Of a DNA stretch of 64,000 nucleotides, positions 22,205 through 33,808 are shown piece after piece (the first letter of the stretch is position 1; every line of letters begins with the position of its first letter). The stretch spans positions 62,001 through 126,000 of the forward strand of contig CAIWCD010000002.1 in the NCBI GenBank assembly GCA_903911145.1, given 5' to 3'. The position numbers and the translations under genes were made by a program. The DNA comes from an uncultured delta proteobacterium (lineage in GTDB: Bacteria; Myxococcota; Myxococcia; Myxococcales; 40CM-4-68-19). The notes beneath the pieces are model-generated. The model made no database searches and was not told the origin of the DNA. It worked only from the letters and a program-made list of their open reading frames with translations.

Positions 22205-22225
22205 TCGACGCAACTCATTGCAGAC

Positions 22226-22273
22226 ATGAAAACGGCGGCCCGGGAGAGAATCCCGAGGCCGCCGTTTCATTTT
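22226..22273. terminator. Probable bidirectional intrinsic terminator
   Basis: ATGAAAACGGCGGCC..GGCCGCCGTTTCAT inverted repeat between convergent genes. Confidence 0.8.
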
Positions 22274-22288
22274 CGATTGGGAGTGCGC

Positions 22289-24919
22289 TTAAGGACCGGG
22301 GTGATACTTCCAGACCGTCAGGAAGACGTTGTTTCCCGATTGAGAGTTTCCCACCAGATAGAGCCCGTCATTGGTGACCACCGGAGTCAGCTGGTTTGAG
22401 TTGTTTCCCGTGCCGGCATCCGGGAACGGAATCGTATTGGTGTTCCAGGTATCGTGGGTCGGATCGTAGCGATTCAACCCGAAGTACTGGGAGTGATCGT
22501 AGGTCGGGAACGAGCTGTTCGACTGGATTGACCATTGGCTCGCAACGTAGATTGAACCGGCATAGCTCCAGGCCTGCGAGGTCGACACGCCACCGCCAAC
22601 ATGGAGGTCCGGTTGGATGGTCTCGAGCGCCCAGGTGCCACCATCAACGCTGGGATCGAGAACCGCCGGCCGCGTTCCGGTAAAGCTGCCGTTCGCGGCG
22701 CCGCCGAACGCATAGATCTTCCCATTGAAGACCGTCATGCTCTCGCCGGAAGACGGATAGGGAAATGCGTCGGGTTCATACGTCCAACGATTCGTCGCCG
22801 GATTGTAGATGTTGACGTCGGTATCGTTGGTTCGACCACCGACGTAATAGATCAGTCCATTGGCCCCGATCTGTCCGGTCTCGCCGAGCGTGTCTGCGCC
22901 ACCATCCGGAAGCGCTGCATAGAGCGGAGCGCCCCAGGTGTTGCTCGACGGATCGTAGCTCGAGCCCACGCTTGCGCTTCCACCGTCGGGATTGGGCATC
23001 GGATTGGAGAAGTTATAGAGCTTGCTTCCGCTCGCAACGATGCCCGAGGCCGACCCGCAGTTGGTGCAGAACGAGCTTGGCGCGAGTGCGACGAACCCCG
23101 TTCCAGCATCGGCGGTCGGCGAGGTGCGCGTATCAAACGACCAGAGATGTGCCGCGCTATTGCCGTTGTAGGTATCGCCGAGGATATAGATGAATGAACC
23201 AATCGACGACATATCGGTCCAATAGTCGAGCGTGACCGAAGGAAGCGTGCCGACAATCGACCAGGCGCTCGCGTAGACGGTCCAGCTGTAGCTGGCCGGC
23301 GTCGGATCGACATTTCCCGCCAGGTCGACCGCTGCCACAGTCAACGTGTGCGCTCCTTCGCTGACGGTTGGATATTGAAGCTGCGCGAAGAGGTGCCCGT
23401 TCTGCGTCGCGGTCTGGGCCACGCTGCAGGCCGTCAGCGTTGTCGTGTCAAAGCCACAGAGGAACGAGCCCGTCGGGTCGGTGGAGCCGACGATGAACTC
23501 AGCGTCGCTGAAATAGGAGAGCGGCGCCGGGGTGGTCGGCAGCTTGGTATCCGGCGGCGTCGTATCGACGGTCCAGGTCCAGCTTGGCGGATTGGTCTCG
23601 ACGTTGCCTGCGGGATCGACGGCAGACACGGTGAACGAGTGCGGGCCATCCGCCAGCGCGGCCGTGGTGAACGGCGACGTGCACATCACCGCGGCCTGCG
23701 TGTCGAGGCGGCAGCTGAACGTCACGACGTCATTGGCCGGTTGCGAGGCGAACGTAAACGTCGCGGCCGCGATCCTGGTCAGCGCGGTCGGATGGGTCAG
23801 CAGGACAGTGATCGGCGCGACGGTGTCGATGTTCCAATTGAAGGACGGCGGGTTCTGCTCAATGAGCGCGCCGACCTGAGCGGTCACGGTGAAGGTGTGC
23901 GCCCCATCGGCGAGCCCCGTGTACGTTTTGGGTGACGTGCAGGCCGTCGCGGTCGCGCCATCGAGCCCGCAGCTGAACGTCGCGCCACCGAGCGTCGCGA
24001 TGAAATTGAACGTGGCGCTGGCGAAGTGGCTCGCGGAATCGGGCGTGCCGGTGAGCTGCGTCTGCAGCGTCTGCGCGCTCTCGATGATGAAGAAGAGCTG
24101 CGCCGGCGACGGATCCTGCAGTCCATTGGAATCGATTGCAGCGACGAGGAACGAGTGCGTGCCGAGCGCGAGGTTGCTGGCGGTGAACGGCGAGCTGCAG
24201 GCCGCTTGTGCGCCATCGAGTGTGCAGACGAACGTGCTGTTCGGCTTCGTGCTCGAGAAGGTGACCGTGATGCTCGTCGCCTCGGTGCTCGAGGGTGGGC
24301 CCGTCAGGATGGTCGTGTCGGGAGGAGTCGTGTCGATGATCCAGGTGTAGCTCGCGGGTGTCGGATCGACCGCCCCCGCCGGATCGGTGGCGACCACGGT
24401 GAACGTGTGCGAGCCCTCGGCGAGATTCGAATAGGTCAGCGGTGAAGTGCAGGCAGCCGCGGCCGCGCCGTCGAGCGTGCATGCAAAGGTCGAGCTGGCG
24501 ATCGTGCTCTCGAAGAGGAAAGCCGCGCTGGCCGTGGTCGCGACCGCATCGGGATGGAAATCGATCTTCGTATCCGGAATGCGCGTATCGATATTCCAGT
24601 TCGCCTCGGCCGGAGTCTGATCGACCGTGTCATCTCCCGCGACAGAGGCGACCGCGAACAGGTGCGCACCATCGACAAGCCCCGTGTAGGTGGTCGGCGA
24701 GGTGCAGGGAGCTGGCGTCGCGTTGTCGAGCGAGCAGACGAAGGAGATGGCGCGGCTGCTCCCGTGAAACGTGAAGGTCGCGTTCGCCGACAACGACTCG
24801 GCCGCGGGTCGACTGTCGAGCACGGTATCGAGCGGCGCGAGATTCAGCGTGCGGGTGTTGTTGCACGCGGCGGCAGCGAGAATCGATAGCGCGCCGATCA
24901 CCAGTTTCTTGCGGATCAT
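22289..24919 (-). CDS. Lipoprotein with about six tandem Ig-like repeats and a C-terminal Kelch-type propeller
   Basis: Lipobox LAAAAC; ~85-aa repeats F.CxLD...CTSP..Y..L.DG.HTF.V.A.D; Kelch-like YYVGG, YAFGG, YDP..NTW. Confidence 0.85.
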   Translation of the reverse strand: MIRKKLVIGALSILAAAACNNTRTLNLAPLDTVLDSRPAAESLSANATFTFHGSSRAISFVCSLDNATPAPCTSPTTYTGLVDGAHLFAVASVAGDDTVDQTPAEANWNIDTRIPDTKIDFHPDAVATTASAAFLFESTIASSTFACTLDGAAAAACTSPLTYSNLAEGSHTFTVVATDPAGAVDPTPASYTWIIDTTPPDTTILTGPPSSTEATSITVTFSSTKPNSTFVCTLDGAQAACSSPFTASNLALGTHSFLVAAIDSNGLQDPSPAQLFFIIESAQTLQTQLTGTPDSASHFASATFNFIATLGGATFSCGLDGATATACTSPKTYTGLADGAHTFTVTAQVGALIEQNPPSFNWNIDTVAPITVLLTHPTALTRIAAATFTFASQPANDVVTFSCRLDTQAAVMCTSPFTTAALADGPHSFTVSAVDPAGNVETNPPSWTWTVDTTPPDTKLPTTPAPLSYFSDAEFIVGSTDPTGSFLCGFDTTTLTACSVAQTATQNGHLFAQLQYPTVSEGAHTLTVAAVDLAGNVDPTPASYSWTVYASAWSIVGTLPSVTLDYWTDMSSIGSFIYILGDTYNGNSAAHLWSFDTRTSPTADAGTGFVALAPSSFCTNCGSASGIVASGSKLYNFSNPMPNPDGGSASVGSSYDPSSNTWGAPLYAALPDGGADTLGETGQIGANGLIYYVGGRTNDTDVNIYNPATNRWTYEPDAFPYPSSGESMTVFNGKIYAFGGAANGSFTGTRPAVLDPSVDGGTWALETIQPDLHVGGGVSTSQAWSYAGSIYVASQWSIQSNSSFPTYDHSQYFGLNRYDPTHDTWNTNTIPFPDAGTGNNSNQLTPVVTNDGLYLVGNSQSGNNVFLTVWKYHPGP

Positions 24920-25090
24920 GAATTGCCCCTTTGGTCGGTACGTTCGCGCGGACGCGCAGAATCGAGAGACGATACATCACCGGGCATTGATGCCGTACCC
25001 GCGCATGACTTTGCGTCCAGCGATGTTTCCTCCTCGACACAGGCGCAGGCACTTGCGCGCGGACGAACTCCGTGTGCTTTCGAGGACGAT

Positions 25091-25768
25091 ATGGATCCTC
25101 ACTTGAGCTTCTTCGCCCGCTGGGGCGCGTTCTATGAATCGACGCCGTTCCTCGGGCCCGTGCTGCGCGCGCAGCAGGACCTCGCGATCGAGCGGCTCGC
25201 AGCGCAGGCCGGCGAGCGCATCCTTGATCTCGGCTGCGGACCGGGGCGCGCTCTCGAGATGCTTGCGCGATCGGGCGCGAAATCGATCGGCCTCGATTAC
25301 AGCGGCGAGATGCTCCGCGGCGCCAATCGCCACGCACCGGTGATTCGCGGCAGCGCGGTCAATCTGCCCTTCGAGACGGGGACGCTCGACGGAATTCTCT
25401 GCACCAACAGCTTCCATCACTATCCAGAGCCGCAAGGCGTGCTGCGCGAGATGCGGCGCGTATTAAATCCCGGCGGCCGCCTCGTGCTCGTCGATCCCAA
25501 TCTCGATCATCCGCTGGCGCGCCTGACCATCTATGGCGGCGAGGCGCTGCTCTTCGGGATGGGCGTGCATCTCCATGCGCCTGCAGAGTGGAGCGCGATG
25601 TTCACGGAGGCCGGATTCTCCCGCTCGCAGGTCGAGCCGATCGTGCCCGCGCCGCTGCGCTGGTTGCTCAATCGGAAGGTCGTGCAGGAGCAACTCAAGC
25701 GAGTGCCCGGCATCGGTGCGCTCGCGGACCCGCTCGCTGTCTCGCTCTGCGCGATGGCCTGGGCATAG
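25091..25768 (+). CDS. Class I SAM-dependent methyltransferase (UbiE/Methyltransf_11-like)
   Basis: ILDLGCGPG, LPFETGTLD, EMRRVLNPGG; GAGG RBS before ATG 25091. Confidence 0.85.
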   Translation: MDPHLSFFARWGAFYESTPFLGPVLRAQQDLAIERLAAQAGERILDLGCGPGRALEMLARSGAKSIGLDYSGEMLRGANRHAPVIRGSAVNLPFETGTLDGILCTNSFHHYPEPQGVLREMRRVLNPGGRLVLVDPNLDHPLARLTIYGGEALLFGMGVHLHAPAEWSAMFTEAGFSRSQVEPIVPAPLRWLLNRKVVQEQLKRVPGIGALADPLAVSLCAMAWA

Positions 25769-25866
25769 CAACGCGAGAGCCTCGCGCGGCAAATGCGTCG
25801 TTGCCTGCAGTGCCGCTTGCGATCAAGATCCCGCGCCTCGAACGTCGGCTGCAGCAGGAGGAATCG

Positions 25867-27429
25867 ATGGGCATTCAAAAAGTCTTGATCGCCAATCGCG
25901 GCGAAATCGCCGTGCGCGTCGCGCGCACCTGCCGCGAGATGGGGATCGCGACGGTGGCGATCTACAGCGATGCCGACCGCGCGGCGCTGCACGTGCGCTC
26001 CTGCGATGAAGCCGTGCGCGTCGGTCCTGCGCCGTCGCGAGAGAGCTATCTGCTCATGGATGCAGTGCTCGCCGCCGCGAAGGCCACGGGCGCCGATGCG
26101 ATCCATCCCGGATACGGCTTCCTCTCCGAGAACGCGACCTTCGCGCGCGCGTGCAAGAAGGCGGGCATTACCTTTATCGGCCCGCCGCCCGAGGCGATGG
26201 ACGAGATGGGCGAGAAGACGCGCGCGCGCCGCACGATGATCGCCGCGGGCGTGCCGGTGGTGCCGGGATTAAAGGAGCCGATCGCCGAGACGCCGGAAGC
26301 CATTGCGGAGGCCAAGCGACTCGCGCTCGGATTTGGTTATCCGATCATGCTGAAGGCCGCGGCTGGCGGTGGCGGCAAGGGAATGCGCCTCGTCGAGAAG
26401 CCGGAGGATTTCGACGCCGCTCTCGCGACTGCTCAGCGAGAGGCGCTCAATGCCTTCGGGGATAATCGCGTCTATCTCGAGAAGGCAGTCTCCAGGCCGC
26501 GCCACGTCGAGATTCAAGTATTCGGCGATACCCACGGACACGCGATCTATCTGGGCGAGCGCGAATGCAGCGTGCAGCGACGCCACCAGAAGGTGATTGA
26601 AGAGACGCCGTCAGCGATCGTCGACGAATCGATGCGGGCCGCCATGGGCGCGGTCGCGGTGAAGGGCGCATTGGCCGTCGGATATGTCGGCGCGGGCACT
26701 TTCGAGTTCCTCGTCGATGGCAACACCCGCGATTTCTATTTCCTCGAAATGAATACCCGACTTCAGGTTGAGCATCCGGTGACGGAGCTCTGCTGCGGCG
26801 TCGACCTCGTGCGCTGGCAGATCGAGATCGCCAATGGGAAACCGCTGCCGTGGACGCAGGCCGATGTCTTGCGCAACGTGCGCGGACACGCGGTGGAAGC
26901 GCGCATCTATGCCGAGAATCCGGCGAAGAACTTCCTGCCCAGCCCGGGTGTGATTCAGGAGTTGAAACTCGCCGACGGTCCGGGCGTGCGCAACGACTGC
27001 GGCTTTACCAGCGACTCGGAAGTGCCGCGCTTCTATGACCCGATGATCGCGAAGCTCGCGGTCTGGGCGGAGACGCGCGAGTTGGCGATCGCGAAGTTGT
27101 CGCGGGCATTAAGCGAGACGATGGTGAAAGGCATTACCACCAACGTCAGCTACTTGAAGGGTATCCTCGGCCTCGAGGAGTTTCGCGCCGGAGATTACGA
27201 TACTGGCCTCTTATCCCGTGCGGCCGATCGATTAATCCCCAAGCCACCGCCCGCCGATGCTGCATTAACCGACGAGCAGGTGATCGCGCTCGCGGCCGCG
27301 GCCATCTGGCAGCTCGAGCAGGACCAGCGCGCCGTGCTCGCGGGTGGGAAGAGCGGCCAGTCGGGAAATGACGCGGAGTCGCGCTGGGCGCAGGCGGCAC
27401 GCATGCAATCGCTGCGGAGGATGTCGTGA
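25867..27429 (+). CDS. accC: Biotin carboxylase subunit of acyl-CoA carboxylase (AccC/PccA type)
   Basis: KVLIANRGEIA, HPGYGFLSEN, GGGGKGMR, FLEMNTRLQVEH; AGGAGG RBS. Confidence 0.93.
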   Translation: MGIQKVLIANRGEIAVRVARTCREMGIATVAIYSDADRAALHVRSCDEAVRVGPAPSRESYLLMDAVLAAAKATGADAIHPGYGFLSENATFARACKKAGITFIGPPPEAMDEMGEKTRARRTMIAAGVPVVPGLKEPIAETPEAIAEAKRLALGFGYPIMLKAAAGGGGKGMRLVEKPEDFDAALATAQREALNAFGDNRVYLEKAVSRPRHVEIQVFGDTHGHAIYLGERECSVQRRHQKVIEETPSAIVDESMRAAMGAVAVKGALAVGYVGAGTFEFLVDGNTRDFYFLEMNTRLQVEHPVTELCCGVDLVRWQIEIANGKPLPWTQADVLRNVRGHAVEARIYAENPAKNFLPSPGVIQELKLADGPGVRNDCGFTSDSEVPRFYDPMIAKLAVWAETRELAIAKLSRALSETMVKGITTNVSYLKGILGLEEFRAGDYDTGLLSRAADRLIPKPPPADAALTDEQVIALAAAAIWQLEQDQRAVLAGGKSGQSGNDAESRWAQAARMQSLRRMS

Positions 27430-27959
27430 GATATCACGCGATCATTCAAGGACAGGAGCGGCTCGTCGAGGTCGTCGCGCACGGCTCGCTCTTTCGCATC
27501 GAGATCCATCCCGGCGCCGCGGCCGTCGTGGGCAAGGAGCCGCAGCGTCTCGAGGTCGACGCGGTCCATCTGCATGGATCTGCCGTCTCGATATTGAGTA
27601 ATCAGCATAGCTATGCCTGCGATATCGAGCCGGGCCTCGAGGGCAAGGTCGCGGTGCTCGTCAACGACAGCGTGCACGAGCTGGAGATCCTCGACGAGCG
27701 CAAGCTGCGCATGCGGCGCGCGGGCGGGAAGTTCTCGCTCGATGGCCCGCAGCGGATCGACGCGCCGATGCCGGGCAAAGTGGTTCGCGTGATGGTGAAG
27801 AAAGGCGACACCGTCACGGAGGGACAAGGGCTCGTCATCGTCGAGGCGATGAAGATGGAGAATGAGCTCAAGAGCCCGAAGGCCGGCGTGGTGAGCGAGC
27901 TGTTCGCAGTCGAGGGCGCGGCAGTTGAGAACGGCGCGAAGCTCGTCGTGATCGCTTAA
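27426..27959 (+). CDS. Biotin carboxyl carrier protein
   Basis: APMPGKV and biotinylation motif EAMKMENE; overlaps the accC stop. Confidence 0.93.
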   Translation: MRYHAIIQGQERLVEVVAHGSLFRIEIHPGAAAVVGKEPQRLEVDAVHLHGSAVSILSNQHSYACDIEPGLEGKVAVLVNDSVHELEILDERKLRMRRAGGKFSLDGPQRIDAPMPGKVVRVMVKKGDTVTEGQGLVIVEAMKMENELKSPKAGVVSELFAVEGAAVENGAKLVVIA

Positions 27960-27971
27960 TCGATCTCTTGA

Positions 27972-28922
27972 TTAAGTCGAGGACGACTGCGCAGGGGCAG
28001 CTGCCGACGACAACATCTCGCGCAGAGCCGCGCCCGTCACGGCTCCTGCAAGCGCGCCGCCGCAAAGCGCGAAGCCCGGCCCGATGAACGGCGAGGGGAT
28101 CGGCACCAGCGACTGCGCGCCGATCAGCAGCGCCGCGGCCACATCCGCGACGGGCAGTGCAAGCAGCCAGAGCCAGCGCTTGTTCAGCGAGCGCGGCAGG
28201 CAGAACCACTGCGCGGGCGCCATCAGCGCGCACGAGACGATCGCCATCACCAGCATCAGGATGAGCGAGCGCCAATGGCCGTGCGGCATCAGCGACGAGG
28301 AGAACAGCCTCGCGGCGGCGTAGCGACTGAGGCCGGCGGCACAGAGCGAGGCGACAATCCACTGCGCGCGCACGCCGATCGGTCGCAGCACGAGCCACTG
28401 GCCGACGGCGAGCACGAGCGACGAGCCAGCCGCGGCGGCCATCGCGAGATAGGCCTCGGTGTATCCAGCGTGCCCGCGGGCGAAGAGCGAGGCGAACAGC
28501 ACGGAGTTCACCAGAGCGTGGCCCGCGTGCAGCGCAATCCAGAGAGACGTCAGGCGACCGGGCGCGATCAAGGACGCCCCGCGAAAAGCGGTCGGCGCAT
28601 CTGGAGTCGTCGCCGCAGGGTCTGCTTGCTCCGTCTTCTCGAGCCGCCACCAGGCCCACCACGACAAGAGCGCGGACGGGAGAATCGGGATCAGCACCAG
28701 CAAGCTCCCGTGGCCGTTGAACTGGTCATCGAGAATCTGTCGCTGGTTGAGCGTCGCGGCGAGCATCAGCCCGATGGCACCGAGCGACCAGCAGAGCGCG
28801 GTCCAGGAGACGCCGCGGTTGCTCCTTCGCGTGAGCAACAGCAGCAGCGCCGGCACGCCATAGACGAAGAGCGCGACGATGACGAAGGCGAGCTCAACGA
28901 AGTCATTGAAGCGAAGATCCAT
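27972..28922 (-). CDS. Hypothetical polytopic membrane protein
   Basis: About 9 hydrophobic segments; repeated QWxxL motif. Confidence 0.7.
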   Translation of the reverse strand: MDLRFNDFVELAFVIVALFVYGVPALLLLLTRRSNRGVSWTALCWSLGAIGLMLAATLNQRQILDDQFNGHGSLLVLIPILPSALLSWWAWWRLEKTEQADPAATTPDAPTAFRGASLIAPGRLTSLWIALHAGHALVNSVLFASLFARGHAGYTEAYLAMAAAAGSSLVLAVGQWLVLRPIGVRAQWIVASLCAAGLSRYAAARLFSSSLMPHGHWRSLILMLVMAIVSCALMAPAQWFCLPRSLNKRWLWLLALPVADVAAALLIGAQSLVPIPSPFIGPGFALCGGALAGAVTGAALREMLSSAAAPAQSSST

Positions 28923-29292
28923 CTCGCCACGTTATCGGCCGCGTCGGGTCCCGTCGATCTCGATGTCCATTGATCGAGAGGACGCTTCCTATCGCTCCGT
29001 GAAGAGATTCCAGAGCTCCTTCACCCAGGAGAGGCGGAGGATTCTGCCCCTCCAGGCGAGAGACGACAGCACGGATACCCGTGCGTCGATTGGCTGGCCT
29101 TCGGATGCCTGCTGCTGAACCGCGAGCTGCAGATCTGCGTCGACCCGGTCGGTCTTCGCGGCAAGCCGGGCAGTGCAGGCCCGCGCCGGCGTCCGGCATC
29201 GGCGGAATCGGTCCATCGATGTCGATCTGTTCGCGCAGTGCGCGCGCAAGCTCGTCGGAAAAATCCTCGGGACCCTGCTAGAAGTCGCCTCC

Positions 29293-30957
<1,665 letters not shown>

Positions 30958-31962
30958 ATGAGCGATGCGCCGCAGATCAGCGTGCTGTTGCCTGCGCGCA
31001 ATGCAGCCGCGACGCTCTGGCTTGCGATCGAAGACGTGCTCGCGCAGCAGGACGCACCAGCCTTCGAGCTGATTCTCGTCGACGATGCTTCGACTGATCA
31101 GACGGGCGAGATCGCGCACGCGTGGGCGGCTCGCGATTCGCGCGTGCACGTCCTGCGCGGCGCTGGAACAGGACTCGTCGATGCACTCAATCTCGGGCTC
31201 GCCGCCTGCCGCGCGCCGCTGGTGGCGCGGATGGATGCCGACGATCGCACGCACCCTTCCCGCCTGCGCCTGCAGAGCGCCTGGCTTGCCGACCATCCGC
31301 GCGCGGGAGCGGTTGGCTCGCTGGTCCGCCTGACGCCACGGCCGCTCTCTCCAGGACTTGCGCGGCTCGAAGAGTGGCTCGACAGCGCGGTCACGCAGGA
31401 GCAGTGCGCGGCCGCGCGCTTCATCGAATCGCCGCTGGTTCATCCGAGCATGATGTTGCGCAAGCCCGCTCTCAGCGCGGTCGGGAACTATCTCGATCGC
31501 GGATGGGCCGAGGATTGGGATCTGCTGCTGCGCCTCGTAGCCGCCGGCTACGGCCTGGGAAAAGTTCCCGAGGTGCTCCTCGAGTGGCGCGACTCCCCCG
31601 AGCGGCTGACCCGCACGGGCGCGGCCTATCGAGCGTCGCAGATGGTCCGGTTGCGCGCGTTTCATCTCGCAAGCGGGCCGCTTCGCGGACGCGAGTTTGA
31701 TCTCTGGGGGGCCGGGCCGACGGGCAAGCAGCTCGCGCGCGCTCTCGAGGCACATGGACTCTCTCCGCGGCGCTTCATCGATATCGATCCGCGCAAGCAG
31801 GTGGCACGCGGGAAGCATGTGCTGCAGGCGGATGCCCTCGGCGGCCCCGATGGCGCGCTGATCCTCTGCGCTGTCGGCGCGGCAGGCGCACGAGAGAGCA
31901 TCCGCGCGTGGCTGCAGCCTCTCGGGCACAGCGAGGGCCGCGACTACCTGTTTGCTGCCTGA
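30958..31962 (+). CDS. GT2 glycosyltransferase with C-terminal Rossmann-like domain (B3GNTL1/QTGAL-like architecture)
   Basis: VDDASTD, RMDADD, HPS, EDWD; C-terminal WGAGPTGK..FIDIDP..EGRDY. Confidence 0.88.
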   Translation: MSDAPQISVLLPARNAAATLWLAIEDVLAQQDAPAFELILVDDASTDQTGEIAHAWAARDSRVHVLRGAGTGLVDALNLGLAACRAPLVARMDADDRTHPSRLRLQSAWLADHPRAGAVGSLVRLTPRPLSPGLARLEEWLDSAVTQEQCAAARFIESPLVHPSMMLRKPALSAVGNYLDRGWAEDWDLLLRLVAAGYGLGKVPEVLLEWRDSPERLTRTGAAYRASQMVRLRAFHLASGPLRGREFDLWGAGPTGKQLARALEAHGLSPRRFIDIDPRKQVARGKHVLQADALGGPDGALILCAVGAAGARESIRAWLQPLGHSEGRDYLFAA

Positions 31963-31995
31963 CATCGTCGCCGCGCGTGATATTCGTTTTCGGGA

Positions 31996-33462
31996 ATGAA
32001 CGAGCCTGGGCACGACCTGCGCAGCGAAGTCGGGGAGCTCCTCGTCGATCGCGGAGTGCTCACGGTCGAGGCTCTCGCGCGGCCAGTGGTTTCCGAGAGC
32101 GTTTTCTTCGCGCAGCTGATCGAGGACGCCGCCTGCAGCGAAGGCGCGCTGGTGGCGTTCCTCGCTGAACGCAGCGGCTTTCCCGGCATCGACCTCTCGA
32201 TGAGCGCGCTGCTCCTCTCCGCTCTCGATCTGATCCCGAGGCCGGTCGCCGAAGGAGATCAGATCCTGCCGCTCTCCACGGAGGGAGGCCGACTCCATCT
32301 CGCGGTCACCGATCCGGAAGCGGCGAACGAGAGCATCGATGAGGTCCGCTTCATCACCGGAATGGAGATCTCGCTCTACATCGCGCTCCCTGCGCCGCTC
32401 GAGCGCTGCATCCTCGCGGCCTTCGATGCGCGCGAGCGGGGTGAGACGCTGTGGAGAGGCGCGGGGATCGCCGCGGATGCCCCGCCGCGACTGGCGATCG
32501 TCTCGTCGTCGCTGACTCTCGACGCTCTCTCGCACGGGCTCTCGACCCACTCCGCGGTGTACCCGACGAGTGGGCCGATCGCGCGCGCACCCGCGCCAGA
32601 AGCGGCGGCGAGCGCTCCCCACAGCGATCACTCGCTCGCGACGATCCAGATCGAGATCGGCGACGAGACGGGCGAGCACGAGCAGCTGATCGGCTCGGTG
32701 CGCACAGGGCCGAAGCGGATCCTCATCGTCGACGACGAGCCGGACATCATCCGTCTTCTCAGTCGCGCGCTGCAGATCAAGGGCTACCTCGTCGAGAGCG
32801 CCTCGGACGGTGCTCTCGCGGAGGCCCGCCTCGATAAGGAGCCGCTGCCCGATCTGGTTCTGCTCGACGCGATGCTGCCGCACGTGCACGGCTTCGAGGT
32901 CTGCCAGCGGCTCAAGGCGAACAAAGCGCGCAGAGCAGTGCAGGTGATCATGATGAGCGCGGTCTATCGCGGCTGGCGATTCGCGCAGGACGTGAAGGAG
33001 TCGTACGGCGCGGACGACTTCGTCGAGAAGCCGTTCCATCTCGCCGACCTCCTTCGCCGCGTCGACGAGCGGCTCGCCGAAGGCAAGAGCGTGCCGCCGC
33101 CCACGCAGGCGGTCGAGAAGCTCTATCGCGCTGGCGTCGATGCCCTCTCGCGCGGCAATGCCGAGGAGAGCCGCACTGCTCTTGAGTCGGCTGCGCGCAT
33201 CGACCCCTTCGCTCCGCGCGTCCAGTTCGCGCTCGCGCAGGCCTACGTCGCGCAGGGTGATGTCTATCGCGCGATCTCGGCCTACGAGCGCGCCGTCGAG
33301 CTGCGTCCGAAGCTCTTCGCGGCGCTGAAGAACCTTTCGGCGCTCTATCTGGAGAAGGGTTTTCGCACCAAGGCGACGGAGACTCTCGAGCGCGCATTTT
33401 CCGCCGCGCCCGATCCGAAGGCGCGCGACGAGATCCGGATTCTCCTCGAGCGGCTAGGATAG
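31996..33462 (+). CDS. Response regulator with GspE_N/MshEN-like N-terminus, REC domain and TPRs
   Basis: VGELLVDRGVLT; ILIVDDEP..DLVLLDAMLP..KPF; C-terminal TPR helices. Confidence 0.85.
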   Translation: MNEPGHDLRSEVGELLVDRGVLTVEALARPVVSESVFFAQLIEDAACSEGALVAFLAERSGFPGIDLSMSALLLSALDLIPRPVAEGDQILPLSTEGGRLHLAVTDPEAANESIDEVRFITGMEISLYIALPAPLERCILAAFDARERGETLWRGAGIAADAPPRLAIVSSSLTLDALSHGLSTHSAVYPTSGPIARAPAPEAAASAPHSDHSLATIQIEIGDETGEHEQLIGSVRTGPKRILIVDDEPDIIRLLSRALQIKGYLVESASDGALAEARLDKEPLPDLVLLDAMLPHVHGFEVCQRLKANKARRAVQVIMMSAVYRGWRFAQDVKESYGADDFVEKPFHLADLLRRVDERLAEGKSVPPPTQAVEKLYRAGVDALSRGNAEESRTALESAARIDPFAPRVQFALAQAYVAQGDVYRAISAYERAVELRPKLFAALKNLSALYLEKGFRTKATETLERAFSAAPDPKARDEIRILLERLG

Positions 33463-33468
33463 ATCGCC

Positions 33469-33804
33469 ATGACGATTCCATATGTGAAGCACGCGTTTGT
33501 CTGCACGCACGAACGCCCGGCGGACAATCCGCGCGGCTCCTGCGCCGCGAAGGGCGCCGAGGCGCTACTCAAGTCTCTCAAGGCGGCAACGAACGCGCGC
33601 GGCCTCGGCAAGACGGTGCGCGTACAGAAGTCGGGCTGCCTCGATAACTGCGAGATGGGCTGCTCGATGGTCGTCTATCCCGAGGCCGTCTGGTACGGCG
33701 CCGTCACGCAAGCGGACGTGCCGGAGATCGTCGATCACCTCGCGGGAGGCGCGCCTGTGCAGCGACTTCGCGTCGAGGGGAAGGTCTCGACAAAGACTGA
33801 ATGA
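33469..33804 (+). CDS. Thioredoxin-like [2Fe-2S] ferredoxin
   Basis: HAFVC..RGSC..SGCLDNC..VVYPEAVWY. Confidence 0.92.
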   Translation: MTIPYVKHAFVCTHERPADNPRGSCAAKGAEALLKSLKAATNARGLGKTVRVQKSGCLDNCEMGCSMVVYPEAVWYGAVTQADVPEIVDHLAGGAPVQRLRVEGKVSTKTE

Positions 33805-33808
33805 ACGT

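Noticed and set aside
28935..29292. Cobalamin riboswitch upstream of the mutase
   Set aside because: No B12-box, GGGAA or GCCACTG core found.
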